Source: a phage. Taken from it: a stretch of 64,000 bases of DNA. The notes under the pieces were generated by a model. That model was not told the DNA's origin. It made no database searches and was given only the letters and a program-made list of their open reading frames with translations. The stretch lies in the sequence record PZ019086.1. One strand, written 5' to 3'. Made by a program: the position numbers and the translations under genes. Of this stretch, positions 58,429 to 64,000 are shown piece by piece (the first letter of the stretch is position 1; each line of letters opens with the position of its first letter).

Positions 58429-59451
58429 CTAGTTCAGTGCATTTAGTGCATTGTTCAGTTTAGAACGTTGCTTTGTCAGATTTTGAACCCTTGACTGAGC
58501 TTGTTCTAACACCTTTTCAGCTTCTAGCACTTCATTGGTCGCTTTAACTAATTCAGCATCTACTGCTTTAAGAGACTTCTCAATCGCGTCAGCGTGCCAT
58601 TTTTCTACAGGTTTAAAATTTGAATTTTCAGTAGGAAGAAAACTCACTTTATTAAGTTTACATGCATCTATATTGCTTGAGCTATACATCCAAAATTTAG
58701 GATCGTTTGATAAGTAATTGGATAAATTTAAGTTATCTTGCACTTCCTGCTTTTTCTCTTGCGGGACTTCGTCCTTTCTCAAAAAATCGTATTTAAATGA
58801 AACGATCATATCAAGTTCATACGTTGTTGTGTCTAATTTAAATCGTTCAAAACGAGGTAAAATCTTAGATTGAACAGCAGCAACAACATCCATATACTTA
58901 AATGCTTCTGTCAACTGTGATTTAAGGCATTCACAAATTGAAAGAGAATTTTTTGTATTAGGTTTAAAGCTAATTCGTGCAGTTCTGTTATTTTCTTTTA
59001 ATGGTCTTACTTCCATCTGAAGAGTATAACCATCAAATTTCAGGTTCTTTAAGTTAATATCAGAACCTTTCAATCGACTCGCAGTTGATAAAATTTGCTT
59101 TAATTGTCTACGGAACAGAGCAATAAATCTCCATTCAATACGATAATGATTTGGATTGAAAAATCCAGATGATAAATCGACCTTACTTTGACCAACGCCT
59201 TGAACAAATAGAGGATTTTTATAATCAATAGTTTTACAGAAATCTGTGAGCTGCTCACGAGCCGTCATTTGTGTAATATACCCCGCTTTACTAAAATTAC
59301 TCACCCATTCACTGCTATTTAGATATTTAAAGTGATGAATAGCACGATTAACTTTATCAGGGTCTAAATTATTTTCACACAAAAATGTCATAACATCACG
59401 AGTATCGCTGGCATTACGAACCATATCTTCAATTTGAGAACGAGTTTTCAT
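58429..59451 (-). CDS. Hypothetical protein (340 aa) with C-terminal coiled-coil tail
   Basis: C-terminus ...AELVKATNEVLEAEKVLEQAQSRVQNLTKQRSKLNNALNALN. Confidence 0.5.
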   Translation of the reverse strand: MKTRSQIEDMVRNASDTRDVMTFLCENNLDPDKVNRAIHHFKYLNSSEWVSNFSKAGYITQMTAREQLTDFCKTIDYKNPLFVQGVGQSKVDLSSGFFNPNHYRIEWRFIALFRRQLKQILSTASRLKGSDINLKNLKFDGYTLQMEVRPLKENNRTARISFKPNTKNSLSICECLKSQLTEAFKYMDVVAAVQSKILPRFERFKLDTTTYELDMIVSFKYDFLRKDEVPQEKKQEVQDNLNLSNYLSNDPKFWMYSSSNIDACKLNKVSFLPTENSNFKPVEKWHADAIEKSLKAVDAELVKATNEVLEAEKVLEQAQSRVQNLTKQRSKLNNALNALN

Positions 59452-59459
59452 GGTGTTCC

Positions 59460-60365
59460 TTAAGATTTAAGTAAATCAACAATTTTAATTAACTTTTCAC
59501 GCTCAGATTTAGCTTTACTACTCAATCCAGATAGTCTGAAAATTTCATCGTCATACTGTTGAATAGAAATATTCAGCTCTTCAATCTGCTTATTAAAATA
59601 ATCAATTTGTTCAGAATGTTTTTCGTTACTGCGAACTGGTACAGGTTTTGTAGGCAATGTAGTTGAACTGGATTCATTCGGGCGATAAATCAAAATGCAA
59701 TTTGAACCAATCGGGCATTTAGCACCAGACGTATATTCTAATGTTCCAGCTTCTTTTAAAACTTCAAAAGCTAAACAGAGATGATGCCCCATATTAACAT
59801 AATCTGTAGAGTGAGCTCTGATGTAATAATCATCTCCACGAATACTAAATTTAAAGCATTTAAGGTCTTCTGTATTATTGGTCTTAAAAATCATTTGTTT
59901 ATCTAGACCTTTAGCTAATCGAGCGCCTAATGCTAATAATCGTCGTTGATTTTTCCACAAATCCGCAATCATTTGATCGAATGATAATTTTGGCATTAGT
60001 CGACCATAAAGGTCATATCCTTTATTATAATTACGAAGGATTTCACTCGCGTTAATACGAGACAATGCTCCAATTTTATTAAGGGCTTTCATAATGCGAT
60101 TAGATAAACTCATTCCAGATCCGTTTGTTCGCTGTAAATGTTTTTCTAATCCAAATCCAATATCAACTTTAAACTTATCTAAAATTTCAGCATGAACATC
60201 TCTGTCGATAACATTCAAATCCAAAGTTGGGTTAAATCTATGAAAAAATTTATCTGGCTCTCCACGACGAAATACAGTCCATTCATTCATCATTTTTTTA
60301 TTAACTAATGATTTAATTACTGCATTGACATTATTAATTACTACTGACATATTTTCCTCACTCAA
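59460..60365 (-). CDS. Hypothetical protein (301 aa) with C-terminal coiled-coil tail
   Basis: C-terminus ...EQIDYFNKQIEELNISIQQYDDEIFRLSGLSSKAKSEREKLIKIVDLLKS. Confidence 0.5.
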   Translation of the reverse strand: MSEENMSVVINNVNAVIKSLVNKKMMNEWTVFRRGEPDKFFHRFNPTLDLNVIDRDVHAEILDKFKVDIGFGLEKHLQRTNGSGMSLSNRIMKALNKIGALSRINASEILRNYNKGYDLYGRLMPKLSFDQMIADLWKNQRRLLALGARLAKGLDKQMIFKTNNTEDLKCFKFSIRGDDYYIRAHSTDYVNMGHHLCLAFEVLKEAGTLEYTSGAKCPIGSNCILIYRPNESSSTTLPTKPVPVRSNEKHSEQIDYFNKQIEELNISIQQYDDEIFRLSGLSSKAKSEREKLIKIVDLLKS

Positions 60366-60759
60366 TTTTACTAATTACACGAAATAAGATTGAACAGACT
60401 ATATAAGTACCACATATAGACTGAACTAATGCCATTCCAAAGAACCAAACAATATTATCAAACCATGTCTGTTTTACGTCGAAAGGACGTAAACTTACAG
60501 TAATATTATCACCTTTTTCTATTGAAGAATACATCTCTGGGGAAATATATTCACTAAATCTATAACCATCTTTGAGTTCATATACGGCAATAAACGATAA
60601 ACTAGACCCTTTTCCTTGTGTTCCTGTAATGGTATTAACTACAGTAACATCATAATCTTTATAGTGCATATAATCATTAATTGCGTAATAACCATATGCA
60701 ACTACTACACATAAACAACATATCAATAAATTCAATCTTTTAATTATCGACTGTTTCAT
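60358..60759 (-). CDS. Membrane protein (133 aa; N- and C-terminal TM segments)
   Basis: Hydrophobic termini flanking a soluble domain. Confidence 0.45.
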   Translation of the reverse strand: MKQSIIKRLNLLICCLCVVVAYGYYAINDYMHYKDYDVTVVNTITGTQGKGSSLSFIAVYELKDGYRFSEYISPEMYSSIEKGDNITVSLRPFDVKQTWFDNIVWFFGMALVQSICGTYIVCSILFRVISKIE

Positions 60760-60814
60760 AATAATCTCAATTAAAAGGGCTTAGAACCATTATACCATCC
60801 TTGGTATAAAGCGG

Positions 60815-61342
60815 TTATGCGAGTACCGTCTTTAACCGTTCTTCAAACTTCCGAAGAGTATTTTGGCGTTCAGCTCTTTGCTTTTTGTAAGTTTCAATAC
60901 GCTCTGAAATGAGAGTGTATCGTTCATTTACTGATTCTTTCATAAAATCAGGAATTTCACGAGAAGCTTTAATCTCGTCAAATTTATCAATAACAGCTTG
61001 CTCTTCAGCAATTAAGTTATCATACATTAAAATATCTTTCTTGATGAACTCAATATCTTCTTGAGTTACACTAGATAATTTAGATGCTTTATCCTTTTTG
61101 TACTGTTCGTTAGTATCACGAGACCAATGTAATGTACGATTTTTATTCGTATTTTTGTAAATTTCTACAATACCGATCTCATCAATAATAACGATCCAAT
61201 TCCAACGGGATTTGTAAATTTGTCCTCCATCAACAGTGATTTCACCTCCGATTGAGATGTCGTTAAAGAACTTGCTTTGCGCTTCAGATTTAAATTTACC
61301 ATCGTTGTAATTTACCAAGTTGAAAATATCTTTAGCGTTCAT
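60815..61342 (-). CDS. Hypothetical protein (175 aa) with C-terminal coiled coil
   Basis: SD GGAGG; downstream of early promoter 61371..61400. Confidence 0.5.
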   Translation of the reverse strand: MNAKDIFNLVNYNDGKFKSEAQSKFFNDISIGGEITVDGGQIYKSRWNWIVIIDEIGIVEIYKNTNKNRTLHWSRDTNEQYKKDKASKLSSVTQEDIEFIKKDILMYDNLIAEEQAVIDKFDEIKASREIPDFMKESVNERYTLISERIETYKKQRAERQNTLRKFEERLKTVLA

Positions 61343-61370
61343 TTTCTGTTCCTCCGTAGTTGATAGTTGT

Positions 61371-61400
61371 ATAGTACCACAGAGGAACAGTCTTGTAAAC
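61371..61400 (-). promoter_or_regulatory. T4-type early promoter
   Basis: GTTTAC / 18 nt / TGG-TACTAT on minus strand; near-copy of the 8420..8449 module. Confidence 0.5.
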
Positions 61401-61402
61401 CA

Positions 61403-61717
61403 CTAAAAGAAACTTCTTTCACAATTTTTTCCACTGAACCAGGCGCTCACTGCTTTCTTAGTCTCAGGAGCAGTGTTATCCATAAACCATTCAAAGGCAG
61501 CCTTTTTATGATTCTGGAGGGCTTCTCGGGCTTTAATCTGCTCACGGTCTATTAACACTAACATATGAGCCTTTCTTGTCACCATGGGCTTCTTATGATT
61601 TTTTGAATACTCCCAGTCATTTGTCCATCGCATTGTCGTTGCGAACTGAAATACTGCTTCTTTAATTTTAGTTTCGTAAATTTCACGAGCCTTTGAGTAT
61701 AACATCATTACCTCCAT
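61403..61717 (-). CDS. Hypothetical protein (104 aa)
   Basis: ORF. Confidence 0.45.
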   Translation of the reverse strand: MEVMMLYSKAREIYETKIKEAVFQFATTMRWTNDWEYSKNHKKPMVTRKAHMLVLIDREQIKAREALQNHKKAAFEWFMDNTAPETKKAVSAWFSGKNCERSFF

Positions 61718-61806
61718 TCACCAGTTTAATTCTAGTCATCTTTTTAATGGCAGTCCATATAATCTATTTCTGAACTGCCTTTTTGTTATAGAAGTCCTCT
61801 TATGAA

Positions 61807-62793
61807 TTATTTCAGAAGAGTAACCTCAGCAATTTCTTCCCAACCGTTTTTGTCGGTCATAATAAAGTCAGCAAGATAAAGAGCAGTACGCAGTGAAACA
61901 TTGCGTAAACGGTTAACATTAACTTTCATCCATGATAATGCTTTATAAGTTTCTTCATCAGAAAGACCGCGCTTTTGCATCATATCAGTTGAAAGAATAA
62001 CATCTTCAACCCTGACCATAATTTCTTCATTAGTGTGAACACCCAAATCTAAATAAACTGAGCGGGACACTAATGCTTGTAAATGTGGAGCAAGTTTAGT
62101 ACCACGGTCTAATTCGCGGTCAATGTCAACGTTTGTGATAAAAACAATCGTTCCTTTAAATTCAAACTCACGGTCAATGCCTTTTTCTTCTAAGTAAGAA
62201 GATGCAGTGCTCCAGCAGACTTTACGGGTCTCTCCAGTGTCCAGAGCAGCTTTTAGAAGATTAAGAATGTCCATATCAGAGAAAACATCCACATCATCAA
62301 TCAAAAGGACAGAATTCTCTTCACGATTATTCCAAAGCTGTTCATAAAGACCAATACCAGAGATTTTACCGTTAATGCTTTTATATTCAATGTATCCATT
62401 ATCATTTGCTTTATTTAAAGCTTTATCTAAAGAATACGTTTTACCAATACCTGCTGCGCCAGAGATAATCAATGAACGAATATTTCCATTAATAATACCA
62501 TTCGTCATCATTCCCATAACATTAAATCTTTTATTAATGCGGGTTTTCATATCTTCATATGATTCTTTAACTTCTTCAACTTTTACACCATCATATGAAA
62601 TATCTGATTTGTAAACCCAAACACCGCGACGTTTACCGTCAATTTCAACAAAAACTTTACCATCTCCTTGTGCATCTACCGGAGCATTATCTGGGAACCA
62701 TTCGCCTAAGAGCTCAAAAGTTCCAGAGATTTCTTTACCGAAGTAGATACCCTTATTGATAGTTACAGTTTTCATTTTATTCTCCAATTTCAC
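61807..62793 (-). CDS. P-loop NTPase of unknown function (328 aa)
   Basis: Walker A GAAGIGKT and Walker B LLIDDVD. Confidence 0.55.
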   Translation of the reverse strand: MKLENKMKTVTINKGIYFGKEISGTFELLGEWFPDNAPVDAQGDGKVFVEIDGKRRGVWVYKSDISYDGVKVEEVKESYEDMKTRINKRFNVMGMMTNGIINGNIRSLIISGAAGIGKTYSLDKALNKANDNGYIEYKSINGKISGIGLYEQLWNNREENSVLLIDDVDVFSDMDILNLLKAALDTGETRKVCWSTASSYLEEKGIDREFEFKGTIVFITNVDIDRELDRGTKLAPHLQALVSRSVYLDLGVHTNEEIMVRVEDVILSTDMMQKRGLSDEETYKALSWMKVNVNRLRNVSLRTALYLADFIMTDKNGWEEIAEVTLLK

Positions 62794-62844
62794 ATTTGTT
62801 TTGATAGGGTAATAGTATCACACTACTACCCTACTGTAAACAAT

Positions 62845-63108
62845 TTATTTTAATGTTCGCCAAATTTTTACTGCTTCGCGACGAGATACTTCTACAGCTC
62901 CAAGTTCTACGGCTTTTTGGCGGCGGCGCGCGTGTAAGTCATAATGTTTAATGCGTTTATCTTGAAACCAAGAGCGTTTCATTCCTATTGCTTCTGCCAT
63001 TTCATGAAGCTCTTCAATATCTCCATCAGTGAACATATGACAATTTTTAGTTGGATGACCGCGAAGTTTCCATCCATGATTCATTAAAACATCTACGTAA
63101 ACTGTCAT
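62845..63108 (-). CDS. Hypothetical basic protein (87 aa)
   Basis: ORF. Confidence 0.45.
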   Translation of the reverse strand: MTVYVDVLMNHGWKLRGHPTKNCHMFTDGDIEELHEMAEAIGMKRSWFQDKRIKHYDLHARRRQKAVELGAVEVSRREAVKIWRTLK

Positions 63109-63254
63109 TGATTCTGCTCCAAATATGTTTCTATAATTTTCTGAGCGAGATAAACTGCGTTATCTTCAGTTGCATCTTCTAAGAAATTTTCAAAACAAGC
63201 TGAAATCTCTTCTGTGTCAATCAACTTTTTTACTTCAATTAACGTAGTTTTCAT
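63105..63254 (-). CDS. Small acidic ORF (49 aa), not in ORF track
   Basis: Manual translation MKTTLIEVKKLIDTEEISACFENFLEDATEDNAVYLAQKII...; downstream of early promoter 63289..63318; ATGA overlap with next gene. Confidence 0.3.
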   Translation of the reverse strand: MKTTLIEVKKLIDTEEISACFENFLEDATEDNAVYLAQKIIETYLEQNQ

Positions 63255-63288
63255 TTTATTCCCCAAATCCACATCAGTTGATAGTTGT

Positions 63289-63318
63289 ATAGTACCATAA
63301 AGCTTTATGCTTGTAAAC
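63289..63318 (-). promoter_or_regulatory. T4-type early promoter
   Basis: GTTTAC / 18 nt / TGG-TACTAT; near-copy of the 5282..5311 module. Confidence 0.5.
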
Positions 63319-63348
63319 CGTTTTGTGAAAAAATTTTGAAATAAAAAA

Positions 63349-63366
63349 GGGAGCCCGAAGGCTCCC
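63349..63366 (-). terminator. Terminator hairpin
   Basis: GGGAGCCCGAAGGCTCCC followed by U-rich tract; near-copy of the 5343..5362 module. Confidence 0.6.
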
Positions 63367-63368
63367 TA

Positions 63369-63968
63369 TCATTTATAATAACTTCGATGGTTTTCAAGAT
63401 AGACCTTCTCAAGGAAGTCATCCCAGAAACTCATGTCTACTTTTTGCTGCATACCGTTCTTAGAAGCTTCAGTAGATGCTGCTTCTACTTGATCGACCAC
63501 ATCTTCCAAAAACTCTTGAACAATTTTAAATGGATGTTTACCCAACTTCACGTCGAGAATAAATGGAGCGTCTTGAAGTGGATAGACTAAGTCACCAGTT
63601 TTGTAAATTTCCAATAGTTGAAGTCCACCACGACAAGCATGGCTCAGAGCTTTCCAGTCAATACCTTCGTTGGCTTCGGCCTTACGGGCACGTTCACCAT
63701 ATTCAGCATCTAATTTGTTCAGTGACTGCTTAAGCTCAATAAGAGAAAGCGTTGTCTGATATTTACGACCCAACACAGTGTAAAACGTTTGTGGACCTGT
63801 TTTCTCATGATTATGGAACACCCATTCACAGAATTCGTTTTCTGGAAGACGATGCTTAATATCTTCAACTTTAGTACGACGCTGCTTAATGGAACCGTCT
63901 TCTTGGTAATCAACCCATTGCTCAGGGATTTGATTAACTACTTTCAATACATCGCGTAATGCAGCCAA
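63369..63968 (-). CDS. Hypothetical protein (199 aa)
   Basis: ORF followed by terminator hairpin. Confidence 0.45.
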   Translation of the reverse strand: MAALRDVLKVVNQIPEQWVDYQEDGSIKQRRTKVEDIKHRLPENEFCEWVFHNHEKTGPQTFYTVLGRKYQTTLSLIELKQSLNKLDAEYGERARKAEANEGIDWKALSHACRGGLQLLEIYKTGDLVYPLQDAPFILDVKLGKHPFKIVQEFLEDVVDQVEAASTEASKNGMQQKVDMSFWDDFLEKVYLENHRSYYK

Positions 63969-64000
63969 ACGAGAACCCTTGACACCGTATTTAGAAGCTT

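Noticed and set aside
1-64000. tRNA, rRNA or other structured RNA genes
   Set aside because: No cloverleaf-like or rRNA-like segment was recognised by eye; the T-even tRNA cluster is expected elsewhere in the genome. A dedicated scan could still find small RNAs

Overview
This window is a contiguous ~64 kb stretch of a T-even (T4-like) myovirus genome, with several markers pointing to a T2/T6-type rather than T4 itself. All calls are from reading the ORF translations and the DNA; no database search was run, and gene names rest on remembered T4 protein lengths, motifs and gene order. The plus strand carries the 3' end of long-tail-fibre gene 37, the glycine-rich adhesin gene 38 and holin t. The rest is almost entirely minus-strand early/middle genes in T4 order: asiA, arn, motA, 52, ac, stp, ndd, denB, rIIB, rIIA, 39, cef, dexA, dda, modA, modB, soc, 56, 61, dmd, 41, 40, uvsX, 42, imm, 43, regA, 62, 44, 45, rpbA, 46, 47, a-gt, 55, nrdH, nrdG, nrdD, 49, nrdC and the distal nrdC.x-type ORF block. 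Intergenic gaps hold T4-type early promoters (-35 GTTTAC, extended -10) placed directly downstream of GC-rich tetraloop terminator hairpins, plus two exact late-promoter TATAAATA boxes. Features that depart from my recollection of T4 are: an uninterrupted gene 39 (no gene 60 or mobA), an intron-less nrdD, a DxD-motif glycosyltransferase at the beta-gt locus, and two HNH-type nuclease genes bracketing gene 46, one of them on the opposite strand behind a late promoter. I found no tRNA, rRNA or CRISPR. No single clearly novel system stands out; the best candidates for undescribed biology are the HNH insertions, a block of four coiled-coil-tailed ORFs with an adjacent P-loop ATPase, a plus-strand small membrane ORF between 56 and 61, and a covarying palindrome recurring in promoter spacers.
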